DNA of 64,000 nucleotides from Polyangiales bacterium (GCA_038231275.1 JBBRLQ010000009.1:160001-224000), one strand, 5' to 3'. Positions 1-11,398 are shown, counted from the first letter of the stretch. Numbers and translations are program-made. The notes: a model not told the origin generated them from the letters alone.

Positions 1-2
1 TC

Positions 3-782
3 GCGAAGGAGCTGCCGCCCAAGACCGAGCTGTTCCACCGCGTCGAGCTTTCTGGAAAGCAGCGCGATCTCTACGAGCACATCCGCGTCGCCGCGCACGC
101 CGACGTGCGCAAGGTGATCCGCGGCAAGGGACTCGCCGCGTCCACGATCGCGATCCTCGACGCGCTGATGAAGCTGCGTCAGGTCTGTTGCGATCCGCGC
201 CTCGTTGCGATGGACGCCGCGAAGAGCGTGAAGGAGTCGGCGAAGTACGACGCGCTCTTCGAGCTCTTGGACACGCAGCTCGCCCAAGGCCACCGCGTGC
301 TCCTCTTCTCGCAGTTCACGAGCATGCTCGCGCTCGTCGCCGAGGGCCTGCGCGAGCGGCAGGTGGAGCACCTTGTCCTGACCGGAGCCACCAAGGATCG
401 TCAGGCCCGCGTCGATGCGTTCGAGCGCGGCGAGGCCGACGTCTTCCTCATCAGCCTGAAGGCAGGCGGCACGGGGCTGAACCTCACGAGCGCGGACACC
501 GTCATCCACTACGATCCGTGGTGGAACCCCGCGGCGCAGGCGCAGGCGACCGATCGCGCGCACCGCATCGGGCAGAGTCGCCCCGTCTTCGTCTACAACC
601 TGTTCGTCGCGGGCAGCGTCGAGGAGCGCGTCGTGCGGCTCCAACAAAAGAAGCGCTGGCTCTCGGCGACGCTCCTCGGCGACGAGGGCGCGTCGAGCAG
701 CATCAGCGAGCAGGACGTCGACGCGCTCTTCGCGCCGCTCGACGAAGAGGGGCCGCCTCCGAGCTCACGCCGCGCGCGCTGA
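3..782 (+). CDS. SNF2-family helicase, C-terminal part (5' truncated by window)
   Basis: Open frame from base 3 (AKELPPKTE...); motifs LMKLRQVCCDP, LLFSQFT, LISLKAGGTGLNLT, DPWWNPA, QATDRAHRIGQ. Confidence 0.93.
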   Translation, partial: AKELPPKTELFHRVELSGKQRDLYEHIRVAAHADVRKVIRGKGLAASTIAILDALMKLRQVCCDPRLVAMDAAKSVKESAKYDALFELLDTQLAQGHRVLLFSQFTSMLALVAEGLRERQVEHLVLTGATKDRQARVDAFERGEADVFLISLKAGGTGLNLTSADTVIHYDPWWNPAAQAQATDRAHRIGQSRPVFVYNLFVAGSVEERVVRLQQKKRWLSATLLGDEGASSSISEQDVDALFAPLDEEGPPPSSRRAR

Positions 783-804
783 GGCGCCGCGCCACCACGT
801 CGTC

Positions 805-1044
805 TCAATCGAGCGCTTCGGCGAGATCTTCGGCGTACGCCGCCATGCACTTCGGGGGAGTATCCCCGTAGCCGTGCGCATCCCAGAGGTCGACGAGGCG
901 GCTCCAGTCGTCGGCGCCCTCGAGCTCCGGTCGCGCGCGCTCGACGCGGTGGATGCCGCTGGGACGGTGCTCGTCTTGGCCCGTTTGCTCCCCTGTACGC
1001 GCGTTCGTGGGGAGCTCGACGGTGGGTGCTGCGGGCGACGCCAT
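805..1044 (-). CDS. Small hypothetical protein (79 aa)
   Basis: ATG at 1044 (MASPAAPTVELP...) lies 14 nt downstream of a sigma54-like element; no recognised family. Confidence 0.5.
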   Translation of the reverse strand: MASPAAPTVELPTNARTGEQTGQDEHRPSGIHRVERARPELEGADDWSRLVDLWDAHGYGDTPPKCMAAYAEDLAEALD

Positions 1045-1056
1045 GACGAAAAAGCT

Positions 1057-1073
1057 TGCAACCCACGGGCCAC
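1057..1073 (-). promoter_or_regulatory. Putative sigma54 -24/-12 promoter
   Basis: Minus strand GTGGCCCGTGGGTTGCA = TGGC..., GG-N10-GC, TTGCA. Confidence 0.6.
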
Positions 1074-1217
1074 CTGAAAAATCGCAAGTTTCGATGGGGG
1101 TCCGTGCGCAAACCGCGCACGTTAGGCACCCTCGCGCGCAGGCACCGTCGACAACCCGTCGCACTGCCGTTGGCGCGCCGACACCGGGCCTATGTGGGGT
1201 GGACGGTGGCCGTCCGA

Positions 1218-2930
1218 TTAGTCGGCGCGAGCGGAGGGTGCCATCGAGGGCGCGCTCGGCCGTGGTGGAGCGGCCGTGCTCACGGCGGATGCGGATGGGG
1301 ACGCGGACGGCGTGATCGGGGGGACCGACGTGACAGATGTGACTGGGATCACGGAAGGTGGACCCGCGCTCGGTGGAGCGACCGCGGAGGGAACCGACGG
1401 CGCGCGTTGAACCGGCACCCTCAGCTCGAAGGCGAGGCGCGCAGCGAACGCGAGCACGATGGCGGCGACGAGAACGATCGCCACGATCAGCACGCGCTGG
1501 CGCGCCACCTCGCCCGCGTCCGTCGGCTCCGCGCGCGACGGGTACGCCTGCGGCGGTCCGATCTCCGGCAGGCTCGGCTGCGGCGCACGCGGGGGCGGCG
1601 GTCCCTGAGGTCCCGCCCCTGCCGCGCGCGCCGTAACCTGGGCGACGAGCTGCGCGATGTTCGCGATGCGCTCGGTCCGGAGCACGCCTTCGCCGAAATG
1701 CGCCGGGGCCTTCGGTTGCGACGCCGGCGTAGGCGCGGTGGGGTGCGGTCGTGGAGGCGCGGCCTTCGCCGGCGGCGGTCCAGGACCCGCGGTCGACATG
1801 TTCGGGGCGCCGGCCGTGCGCTCCGTCGTGTCGGTGAGCGCGATCGTCCGGTCAGACCGCGGCGGCGGCTCGGTAGGCGGCAACGCCAACGTTCGATCGC
1901 TGCTCTCGGGATGCGACGACGGCGTCGGCTCGGGCGGCACGTCGGACGCGAACCACGGGCGCGCGTTCTGGTATTGCGTCTTGTCCCCTTCGGCGAGCAC
2001 GTCGTCGTCGAGCTGCGGAATGCCGCTCTCGCCGGTCCGGGTGTGCGGCGACGTCCGCGCGAGCGAGATCGCCGCGTAGGCGCGACGCAGCGCCGTCTGC
2101 ATCGCGCCGGCGTCGGGCCAGCGATCTGTCTTCTCGAGCTTGAGCGACCGATCGATCACGTCGACGAGCTGGACCGGGACCCACGGCGCCGCGACCGCCA
2201 GCGAACGCGCCTGCTTGGTCGACGTCGCGATGATGTGATCACGCAGCGTCGACGCCAGGTGCACGGCCTCGCCGGACAAGAGGAAGAAGAGGGTGGACCC
2301 GACGCTCCACAGATCCGACCGCCCGTCGATCTCGTCGGGGTGCCCGCCCATCTGCTCCGGCGCCATGAAATCCGGCGTCCCGAGCATCAGGCCCACGCCG
2401 GTCTTGTCGCCCCCCGCGCGGCGCATCTGCGCGACGCCGAAGTCGAGGACCTTGACCTCACCCTGATCGGTGAGAAACACGTTCTCGGGCTTCACGTCCC
2501 TGTGCACGATTCCGTGCTGGTGGGCCGACGCGAGGACGTCGAGGAGCTTGTCGGCGACGGTGAAGACCTCGTCTACGGGCAATCGCCCGCCGAGCCGCCG
2601 CCGGCGCGCTTCCAGCGACTCGCCCTCCAGGAGCTCCATCACGAGGAAGACGCTGCCCTCGCTGGAGTCGTCGTCGAGGACCTTCACGGCGCCGGCGTGA
2701 CCGACCGCGTTGGAGACGTATCCCTCTCGCAGGAAGCGCGCCCGCACCTCGGGGTCGCGTGCGAAGGAGCTGCGGAGGAGCTTGATGGCGACGCGGTTGC
2801 CGTTGCGGTGCGTCGCGGAGTAGACCGTCGCCATTCCACCCGCGCCCAGACGAGCGTCGATCCGCCATTTCCCGCTCAGGGTCTGGCCGACGAGTGGCGA
2901 GTGCTCCGAATCTTCGTCTCGCGCTTGCAC
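1218..2930 (-). CDS. Membrane-anchored Ser/Thr protein kinase (Hanks type)
   Basis: GAGGMATVY, VAIK, HRDVKPEN, DFG, FMAPE; Pro-rich linker; TM VLIVAIVLVAAIVLAFAA; start set at GTG 2930 (uncertain). Confidence 0.92.
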   Translation of the reverse strand: MQARDEDSEHSPLVGQTLSGKWRIDARLGAGGMATVYSATHRNGNRVAIKLLRSSFARDPEVRARFLREGYVSNAVGHAGAVKVLDDDSSEGSVFLVMELLEGESLEARRRRLGGRLPVDEVFTVADKLLDVLASAHQHGIVHRDVKPENVFLTDQGEVKVLDFGVAQMRRAGGDKTGVGLMLGTPDFMAPEQMGGHPDEIDGRSDLWSVGSTLFFLLSGEAVHLASTLRDHIIATSTKQARSLAVAAPWVPVQLVDVIDRSLKLEKTDRWPDAGAMQTALRRAYAAISLARTSPHTRTGESGIPQLDDDVLAEGDKTQYQNARPWFASDVPPEPTPSSHPESSDRTLALPPTEPPPRSDRTIALTDTTERTAGAPNMSTAGPGPPPAKAAPPRPHPTAPTPASQPKAPAHFGEGVLRTERIANIAQLVAQVTARAAGAGPQGPPPPRAPQPSLPEIGPPQAYPSRAEPTDAGEVARQRVLIVAIVLVAAIVLAFAARLAFELRVPVQRAPSVPSAVAPPSAGPPSVIPVTSVTSVPPITPSASPSASAVSTAAPPRPSAPSMAPSARAD

Positions 2931-3140
2931 GGTCCCCCAGAGAGGCTTCCTGCTTACGTCAACCTTCACGACTTTATAGAACAAACCGCAACGCGGCCAG
3001 GAAGAGCTGAAGCGCCGCGTCCAAGCGTGAGACCGCCGCGGACATTTCGCGAGAGGTCGGCAGGTGTCCCCGGACACCCCCGTCCATGTCGCGGACACCC
3101 GGGTGCGGCCCGAAGCGTCGGAAAAATGGGCATTTGTGCG

Positions 3141-3157
3141 CTGGCACGCGCCTGGCT
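3141..3157 (+). promoter_or_regulatory. Putative sigma54 promoter of comM
   Basis: CTGGCACGCGCCTGGCT, GG-N10-GC; ATG 14 nt after the GC. Confidence 0.55.
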
Positions 3158-3169
3158 CTAGCGGTGACC

Positions 3170-4720
3170 ATGCTCGCCACCGCGCTCGCCACCACGCTCA
3201 TCGGTCTCGACGCCCAGCTCGTTCGCGTCGAGGTGGAGGTGCTTCGCGGCGTCCCTCGCTTCGAGCTCGTGGGCCTCGCGGAGGCGGCGGTGCGAGAGAG
3301 CCGCGTGCGGGTGAAGAGCGCTCTCGCCAACGTCGGCGTGGATCTCGGCGAGTACCAGATCGTCATCAACCTCGCGCCGGCGGACGTGAAGAAGACGGGG
3401 AGCGCCTTCGATCTCGCGATCGCGGCGGCGACCATGGCGGCCGTCGGCGCGGTGCCCACGGAGGCGCTCGCGGGCGTGCTCTTTCTAGGGGAGCTCTCGC
3501 TGAACGGCGCGGTCCAACCCGTGCGCGGCGTCCTCCCCCAGCTCCTCGGCGCGCGGGCGCGAGGGTGCAAGCGCGCGGTCGTCCCACGCGCGAACGAAGG
3601 AGAGTGCGCGCTCGTGGAGGACGTGGACGTCCGGACGGCGGCCACCCTCGACGAGCTCGTTCGCGCGCTTCGCGGCAAGGAGAAGCTTCCACGCGCCGCC
3701 GCGCCGCCTCCCGACGATCCGCTCGCGGACGCAGACGATCTATCCGAGGTGCGCGGTCAAGGAGGGGCGCGGCGCGCGATCGAAATCGCCGCCGCGGGCG
3801 GCCACAACCTCCTCATGATCGGCCCACCGGGCTCGGGCAAGACGATGCTCGCGCGCCGCCTCCCGGGGCTGCTCCCGCCGCTCTCCAAGGAAGAAGCGCT
3901 GGAGGTCACCGCCATCCACAGCATCGCCGGCCTCCTCGGGCGCACGCGCGGCCTCTCCCGCCAGCGGCCGTTTCGCGCGCCGCACCACACGGTCAGTGAG
4001 ATCGGCCTCGTCGGCGGCGGCGGGGAGGTCGCGCGTCCGGGCGAGGTGAGTCTGGCGCATCAAGGAGTCCTCTTCCTCGACGAGCTGGCCGAGTTCCGGC
4101 GCTCCGCGCTCGAGGCGCTGCGCCAGCCGATGGAGGACGGCGTGGTCACCATCTCGCGCGCGCATGTGAAGGCCACGTTCCCCGCGCGTCCGCTCCTCGC
4201 GTGCGCGATGAACCCGTGCCCCTGCGGCTACCGCGGGGACGGCACGCGCCGCTGCGCTTGCACGCCCGAACGAATCCGCGGGTACCGCTCGCGCCTCAGC
4301 GGTCCGCTCCTCGATCGCATCGACGTGCACGTCGTCCTACCTCCCGTCGTCGTGAACGATCTCCAGAGCAACGACGCCGGCGAATCCAGCGCCTCTGTTC
4401 GCGAGCGCGTGGCGCGTGCGCGCGCGATTCAGGGAGATCGACGTGCACGTCGCGAGGTCGGCGCGAGCACCAACGCGGCGCTTCGACCCCGCGACCTCGA
4501 GCGCGTCGCTGCCCTCTGCGACGGTGGCCGCAGGCTCTTGTCCACCGCCGTCGAGCGCCTCGCGCTCTCTGCGCGCGCGTACGGCAAGGTGCTCCGCGTC
4601 GCGCGCACGATCGCCGATCTCGACGGCGCAAACGCGATCGCGCCGGCCCACCTCGCGGAGGCGATTGGCGCGCGCGTCCTCGATCGCGCCGGCGGCGACG
4701 CCAATCAAGACGCGGCCTGA
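3170..4720 (+). CDS. comM: YifB/ComM family AAA+ ATPase (Mg-chelatase-like)
   Basis: [28 protein letters not shown], Walker [46 protein letters not shown]. Confidence 0.93.
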   Translation: MLATALATTLIGLDAQLVRVEVEVLRGVPRFELVGLAEAAVRESRVRVKSALANVGVDLGEYQIVINLAPADVKKTGSAFDLAIAAATMAAVGAVPTEALAGVLFLGELSLNGAVQPVRGVLPQLLGARARGCKRAVVPRANEGECALVEDVDVRTAATLDELVRALRGKEKLPRAAAPPPDDPLADADDLSEVRGQGGARRAIEIAAAGGHNLLMIGPPGSGKTMLARRLPGLLPPLSKEEALEVTAIHSIAGLLGRTRGLSRQRPFRAPHHTVSEIGLVGGGGEVARPGEVSLAHQGVLFLDELAEFRRSALEALRQPMEDGVVTISRAHVKATFPARPLLACAMNPCPCGYRGDGTRRCACTPERIRGYRSRLSGPLLDRIDVHVVLPPVVVNDLQSNDAGESSASVRERVARARAIQGDRRARREVGASTNAALRPRDLERVAALCDGGRRLLSTAVERLALSARAYGKVLRVARTIADLDGANAIAPAHLAEAIGARVLDRAGGDANQDAA

Positions 4721-4803
4721 CCCGCGCGTCCCAGCACCACGCACGCGGAGGCGCCCCCGACCCTCCGCGCGTTCACCGTTCGGGGACCGAAGGAGACGAG
4801 ACC

Positions 4804-5832
<1,029 letters not shown>

Positions 5833-5847
5833 ACGAAATCGCACAGA

Positions 5848-5886
5848 CCGGCGCGCGCGGCGGGCGGGTCTCGCCGCGCGCGTCGG
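5848..5886. terminator. GC-rich hairpin between convergent genes
   Basis: CGCGCGCGGCG (5852-5862) pairs with CGCCGCGCGCG (5872-5882), just after the recA stop; no U-tract. Confidence 0.45.
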
Positions 5887-5981
5887 GCGACGCCTTCCGA
5901 AGGACATCGACCGCCACTGGGGCGCCTCGACCGTCGCGCGATCGACGGACCGCGGAGATTGCCCACTCGGTTCCCGCCAAG

Positions 5982-8001
5982 TTAAGGGGCCGCAGCCGCA
6001 TAGCCGTCCTGCCACTGACTACGGATGACGAACGGCTGAGCGAGCTGGGCCACGTTTCCGAGGAACAGTTCGATGCTCTGGTAGCTCGCCCCGTTGAAGT
6101 CCACCCAAGTGGCCGCCGCGACGGTCGCAGTTGCCAGCGCCCCCGTCGCGTCGAACGCGAGTGTGCCAGCGCCGACGTCGACGTTCGTCCCCGGCGTGCC
6201 ACCCTTGAGGCAGCCACCATCAACGAGCAGGTGATAGTCCCACGCGTCAGGCCCCGTCTTCGCGAAGTAGGCGTCGACCGCGCAGGCTCCGCCGAGAGAG
6301 TCGTAGACCAGCATCGACGTCCGGAAATTCGACGAAGCCTCGGGCGAGGCGGGGTCGAACGGGAGAGCGGGCACGGAAGCGTCCGCGTCGAGGTTTCCGC
6401 CGATGGCCATCACCGAGGTCGGCCGCGGAGGAGAAAACGCGACGTGGGCGTTCTGCGTTACGGAGACTCCGGCGCAGGCGAGGGTCGACGGCGGCGGCGC
6501 GAGCTCCGTCACGCTGCGGAAGCGCAGGGTCAGCGGTTAGAGCGGGGTCGGCGCCAGGGAAGCTCCTCGTGAGAGGGACGAGGATCGCCGTGCTCGACAG
6601 CATGCCGTCACTGTCGAAACGGAGCTCACCGCTACCAAGCGCGACCAATGCGGCCGACGTCGCGCCAAGAACTCCGGAGCCAGCCGCCTCCACGGCGTAG
6701 CTCCACCGGTGGAGGTCCGTCTTGGCGAACGTGATGGCGACCCAAAGCCCGGTGGTGAGTGGATCGTACGCTCGGACGGTCGTGCCCGCCGGAGCGTCCG
6801 CGTCGAGGTTTCCGTCGACGACGATGCCGACGGTGGCGTGCACCGCCCCCGGCACCCCGATCATCGACGGGGACGTGAACTGCGTGACGCCAGCCCGCCC
6901 GGTCCCTCTGAAGGCAATCGGGGCTCCGAAGCTCAGCGCGATGGGCTGATCGGGCAAAGCGTCGACGAACGACACCCGCGTGGCCGTGTCGACCCAGACC
7001 GTGTTGAGCGCCCCCCCGTACGTGAACGTGAGGCTGCCGCTGCCGACCTCCACGTTGGTGCCTGGTGTGCCGCCCACGAGGCGAGCGCCGTCGATCAGCG
7101 CGTGGTAGTCCCAGGCACCGCAGGCCGTCCTCACGAAGTAGATGCCGATGGGTTGTGCGACGCCTTGCGTGTCACGCACCGTGGTCGTCACCCCGGCGTT
7201 CGAGGTGCTGGAAGGATCGCGCGGATCCCATGCGCGGTAGAGCATCCACGACCACGCGTCGAGGTTGCCTGCGATGTCGACGCGCGCGCCCGCGGGCGGT
7301 GAAGGGGCCGGTGACACGTGCTGGTGCGTGATGTGGCCGTCTTGCGCCAATGCGAGCACGACGGAAACGGCGTCCTTCTGGGCCGACGTGTAGGAACCGA
7401 GCCCGAAGTGAACCCCGATCGCCTGGCGCGACGTGGCGCTTCGGAAGCTAATCGCGATCGGCGCGACGTTCGCGACGTTGACGAGCGCACCGGTCGCGTC
7501 GAACGCGAGCGTGCCGCTCCCCACCTCGGCTTGGATGCGCGAAGCTCCGTCTTCGACGTCCGCACCCTCGGTGAGGGCGTGGTAGTCCCACGTGGCGGGA
7601 CCGGTCTTGGCGAAGTAGAAGACGAGCGGGTGGGCGGCGCCGTTCTCGTCCGCGATATCCACAGACACCGAATAGCCGGAGGTCTCCGCCGGTATGTCTG
7701 GATCGAACGGACGGGACGACACGGGTCGACGCGCATCGAGGTTCACCGCCATCGACACCTTCTCCGTGGCCATCGACACGAAAGAGCCGCCGCTGTGTTC
7801 GGGGAGCACGGGCGGAGCGCCGCGCGGAGAAGGCCCGCGCGCAGAGTCGCTCGAGATCGAGGGCCCGCCGGGTGCGCGCCCTCCGTCGTGATCGGGCGGG
7901 GAGGTCACGACTTCGGGCGGCGCGCCGGTGGGAGCGGGGCTGAGGCTGCATCCGGCGAGAAGAGCGGACAGGAGGAGCACTCGAGCAGCGGGGGAAATCA
8001 C
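5982..8001 (-). pseudogene. Lipoprotein with four tandem FlgE D2 (FlaE)-like domains, frameshifted at 6539 (real or sequencing error)
   Basis: Lipobox LLAGC; four repeats of NLDA...(FDP)...D..G......YFxKT...W.Y...G.G.L.F...G.L; ORFs 6247..8022 and 5982..6512 join in frame if base 6539 is removed. Confidence 0.8.
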
Positions 8002-8013
8002 GGCGCCATGCTG

Positions 8014-8030
8014 AGCAAGCACCGTGCCCT
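8014..8030 (-). promoter_or_regulatory. Putative sigma54 promoter of the FlgE-D2 repeat gene
   Basis: Minus strand AGGGCACGGTGCTTGCT, GG-N10-GC; GTG 8001 is 14 nt after the GC. Confidence 0.6.
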
Positions 8031-8160
8031 CGCCGCGAGAGCGTACGTCGCCAACTCTTCAAGCCCCGCACCAATGTTGGCGCCAGCCCGCTGACGGCCC
8101 GGTGGCAAGATCGCGTCCGTCAGGCCGCGCCAGCGCGCGCGCAGCTCTGACCGGACCCGG

Positions 8161-8397
8161 TCACTCCACCGCGACCGCTTCCGCCTCCTTGCAGAGCAGC
8201 GTCGCCGCGCTGTAGCTCGGGTTCTCGATGCACTCCTTTCTCCACAAAACCTCGTACCCGTGGGGGCACGCGCTCGCCGCGCCTGCGACGGTGAATGGCT
8301 CGATGTGCACCGGCGCGTACGCCGGGCTGGCGGCCGGTCGGTCGTTGCAGGCGTAGAGCAACGCGAGCGCCGCCAAGACGGCGAATCGGAACGTCAT
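8161..8397 (-). CDS. Small lipoprotein
   Basis: MTFRFAVLAALALLYAC lipobox; three further Cys. Confidence 0.6.
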   Translation of the reverse strand: MTFRFAVLAALALLYACNDRPAASPAYAPVHIEPFTVAGAASACPHGYEVLWRKECIENPSYSAATLLCKEAEAVAVE

Positions 8398-8507
8398 ACC
8401 TGCTAGATGGAGCGCACGCGCGCCGCTGATCTCGACTTCGACCGCCTCCGCGTCCCGAGCCGCCGGAAAACGGACTCCGGTGTCGTCGAGCGAATGGCCG
8501 CCTTAAG

Positions 8508-9065
8508 ATGTATCCTGCCCTCGTGCTGAGCCTCCGTCACACCTGCCGAACGTCGCGCGTGCTCGCCCACGCATTCGTCCTCGCCTGCGCCGCGTGGGCG
8601 TGCACGGCGTGCGCGAAGAAGCCCACGATGCACCTGAACCACGCCGAGATCAGCGGCTTTCAGGTGGCGACGTTCCCGCCGAGCGTCGTCATGACCGTGG
8701 TCGTCGACGTGTTCAACCCCAACGGCTACGACGTCGCCATTCGCGCGATGCGCGGCCAGGTCATCATGGCGGACAAATACACGATCCCCCTGGATTACCG
8801 GCCCCCCGGCGACGGCCTCTGGCTCCCCGCCGGCAGGACGACGCAAGTAAGCACGCCCGTCGCGATCCCGGTGAACCTCGCCATCGCGCTCGTGGGCGAG
8901 GCCTTCGCGTCGCCGACGATCTCGTATCGCCTCGTCGGCAAGGCCGACGTCACCGGCACGCGCTCATTCCAGATCGAGAAGGACGACTACGCGCTCGACG
9001 AGCCGGGCACCGTCACGCGCGAGCAAATCCAGGCGATCATCCCGAACACGCTGCGCCCCTACTGA
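8508..9065 (+). CDS. LEA type 2 / WHy domain lipoprotein
   Basis: Signal ending CTAC; VDVFNPNGYDV (NPN motif); beta-rich with YRLVG; start may be GTG 8523. Confidence 0.75.
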   Translation: MYPALVLSLRHTCRTSRVLAHAFVLACAAWACTACAKKPTMHLNHAEISGFQVATFPPSVVMTVVVDVFNPNGYDVAIRAMRGQVIMADKYTIPLDYRPPGDGLWLPAGRTTQVSTPVAIPVNLAIALVGEAFASPTISYRLVGKADVTGTRSFQIEKDDYALDEPGTVTREQIQAIIPNTLRPY

Positions 9066-9089
9066 CTCGCCTAGCTGCGCCGTGCGCGC

Positions 9090-10364
9090 TCAGGCGGTCG
9101 GCCTCTCCGCTCGGAGGAAGTAGGTCTCCATGGTGCCCTTCCCCTTCACGGCCACCTCTCCACGCGCCGTGAGCTCGAAGCGGTCGCCGAGGCGTTCGCG
9201 GACCTCGCGGGTGACCTGAATTTCCTGCGGGACGCCGCTCGACTCCATGCGGCTCGCGGTGTTCACCGTGTCGCCCCAGAGATCGTAGATGAACTTCCGC
9301 TTGCCGATGACGCCGGCGACCACGGGACCGCAATGGACGCCGATCCGAAGCTTCAACGTGTACCCGCGCGCCTGGTCGAGGGCCTCGATGGCCGCGCGCA
9401 TGCCGAGCGCCATTCGCGCGATCGCCGCGACGTGATCCTCCTTCGGCTCCGGCAGACCCGCGGCCACCATGTAACAGTCACCGATGGTCTTGATCTTCTC
9501 GAGCCCGAGCTCCTCCGCGAGGCCGTCGAAGGCGGAGAAGATCTCGTCGAGCACTTTGACGAGCTCATCAGGCGTGAGCGTCTGGCTCAGCTCGGTGAAG
9601 CCGACGAGATCGGCGAAGAGGACCGTGACGTCGGGAAACGCGTCGGCGATCGTACCGTGATGGTCCTTGAGGCGCGCGGAGATCGCCGCCGGCAAGACGT
9701 TGAGCAGCAGACGCTCCGACCGCTCGTGCTCGACCGCGAGCTTGGCCTCCGCGCGCGACGTGTTCAGCGACGAGTTGTGCGCGACGAAGAGGAGCGTGCC
9801 GAATACCGCCAGCTGCGAGCCGATCTCGATGGTGGTGCTGACTTCGTCGCTCAGCCGGATCGTGAGCGACGGTGGGACGGCGACGACACGCGCGACGACC
9901 GCGCACGCGATGCTGAGCGCCGCCAAGCTCCACTTGGAGCGAGAGTCGGCGTCGAACAAGAGGAAGCCTGCCGTCCCCGCGACGAAGAAGTAGTAGTGAA
10001 AGCCGCAGTCGACCATGACCGCGGAGGCGACGAGGGCGACGAGGTTGACCGCGACGATCAGCGTGGCGCGCGCGGTGCGCTGGTGGCCGCTCCGCGCGAC
10101 GAACGGAACGGCCATCACGAAGGGGAGCGCGACGAGGTTCACGATCGCGAGGCCGCGAAAGCGCTCGCCCCCGGCGAGGAAGGCCGCCGCGAAGCCCGCG
10201 AAGCTTAGCACCGCCATCGCCGCGCTCTGGTTCGTCAGGCGGCGGCGGCGCCCCTCCGCGGACGCCGTGTCCCCGATGCCAAACGACGAAATCCGCTCCC
10301 ACGCCGACACGTGTGCTCTACGACCATCTGCACGCTCCTGGATCCGAGGTGATTCGTGTCTCAT
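9090..10364 (-). CDS. Membrane-bound class III adenylate cyclase
   Basis: About 6 TM, SERLLLNVLP, VLFADLVGFT, EKIKTIGDCY (Lys), YDLWGDTVNTASRMES (Asp), VKGKG; ATGA overlap with upstream stop. Confidence 0.92.
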   Translation of the reverse strand: MRHESPRIQERADGRRAHVSAWERISSFGIGDTASAEGRRRRLTNQSAAMAVLSFAGFAAAFLAGGERFRGLAIVNLVALPFVMAVPFVARSGHQRTARATLIVAVNLVALVASAVMVDCGFHYYFFVAGTAGFLLFDADSRSKWSLAALSIACAVVARVVAVPPSLTIRLSDEVSTTIEIGSQLAVFGTLLFVAHNSSLNTSRAEAKLAVEHERSERLLLNVLPAAISARLKDHHGTIADAFPDVTVLFADLVGFTELSQTLTPDELVKVLDEIFSAFDGLAEELGLEKIKTIGDCYMVAAGLPEPKEDHVAAIARMALGMRAAIEALDQARGYTLKLRIGVHCGPVVAGVIGKRKFIYDLWGDTVNTASRMESSGVPQEIQVTREVRERLGDRFELTARGEVAVKGKGTMETYFLRAERPTA

Positions 10365-11398
10365 GGAAGCTTGGTCCGCGCGCACCGGAAGCCGATCTGG
10401 GTCGAGCTTCGTGTTCCCAGGCGTGAGTCTGCCGAGCGGTTTTCGATGTCGAGCGGCCGGCCGACGAAGCCGCCGCCGCGCACTGGCACGGAGCTCGTGG
10501 TCCGGGGGTCGCCGGCGTAGTCGTCGGGCAGCGTCGACGGCGGGGTGCCGACGCGCGGCGTCCCCCACGCCCACTCCCTCAGCCCGCCCGTGAGATCATG
10601 GACAGCGTCCCTCGAGACGTCGCCGGGCGCCGCGGGGAAGGGCTTGGGGAAGCCGCAGCTGTTGCTGTCGGTGAGGCCCACGCCAACGATCGCGTCGGCG
10701 CACGTGGAAGGCGGCGTGTCGCCCGACGAGTACTTGCGGTGCTGCCCGCGTCCGGACGCGAGCCAGTACCACTCGACCTCGGTGAGCAGGCGCATCTTGC
10801 GGAATGCGCAGATCGCGGCGGCCTGCGCGAACGTGACGCAATTAATCGGAAGGGTCGCGTCGCCGACGAGGTAGGTCGGTGCGTCGCCTGCCTCTTGCGC
10901 GAGCGTGGAGCTCCGCTCGCATTTCGGCGTGTCACGGTACTCGGCCGTCGCGACGGACGGATCGTCGGCCGGATACCACCGCATGATGTTCGCGTACGGG
11001 CCGCCAGGGTCGAGGGTGCACGTCTGGCCCGGGCACGGGCTCGGCGCGGACGCGTCGAGCCACGCGCGAAACTGGCCGACTGTCACTTCGTGAACGTCGA
11101 CGAAGAGATCGTGGGAGAGGCGCGTCGCGGAGATCGTCGCGTCGACGTCGTCCCAGACCATCGTGACGGGGCCGGCGGTGGGAACGAAGATCGTGTCGGC
11201 CGGGCCTCCTGTTTCGGGACCGTCTGCGTCGCGCGCACCGTCGCCCTCGCCCGCCTCGTGGCTCGCGGCGTCGGAGTCGTCGTTCGCGGCGTCGGAAGCG
11301 CCTCCGTCGACGGCGCCGCCGGGGCGGGCGCCGAAGTCCTGAACGACGAAGCATCCGCACGCGACCGCCCCGAGGCCGAGCCATTCGAGTCGGATCAT
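10361..11398 (-). CDS. FGE-sulfatase (SUMF1-like, CLec fold) domain lipoprotein
   Basis: Lipobox AVACGC; FVDVHEVTVGQF, PINCVTF, RLLTEVEW, DLTGGLREW, VRGGG, IGFRCA. Confidence 0.85.
   Translation of the reverse strand: MIRLEWLGLGAVACGCFVVQDFGARPGGAVDGGASDAANDDSDAASHEAGEGDGARDADGPETGGPADTIFVPTAGPVTMVWDDVDATISATRLSHDLFVDVHEVTVGQFRAWLDASAPSPCPGQTCTLDPGGPYANIMRWYPADDPSVATAEYRDTPKCERSSTLAQEAGDAPTYLVGDATLPINCVTFAQAAAICAFRKMRLLTEVEWYWLASGRGQHRKYSSGDTPPSTCADAIVGVGLTDSNSCGFPKPFPAAPGDVSRDAVHDLTGGLREWAWGTPRVGTPPSTLPDDYAGDPRTTSSVPVRGGGFVGRPLDIENRSADSRLGTRSSTQIGFRCARTKLP

Noticed and set aside
4760..4778. GTTCAC upstream of recA as a possible myxobacterial LexA box
   Set aside because: The left half does not fit the M. 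xanthus CTRHAMRYBYGTTCAGS consensus; no similar site seen before uvrA
5982..8022. A genuine flagellar hook gene flgE
   Set aside because: No D0/Dc terminal segments, has a lipoprotein signal, and no flgD or other flagellar neighbours
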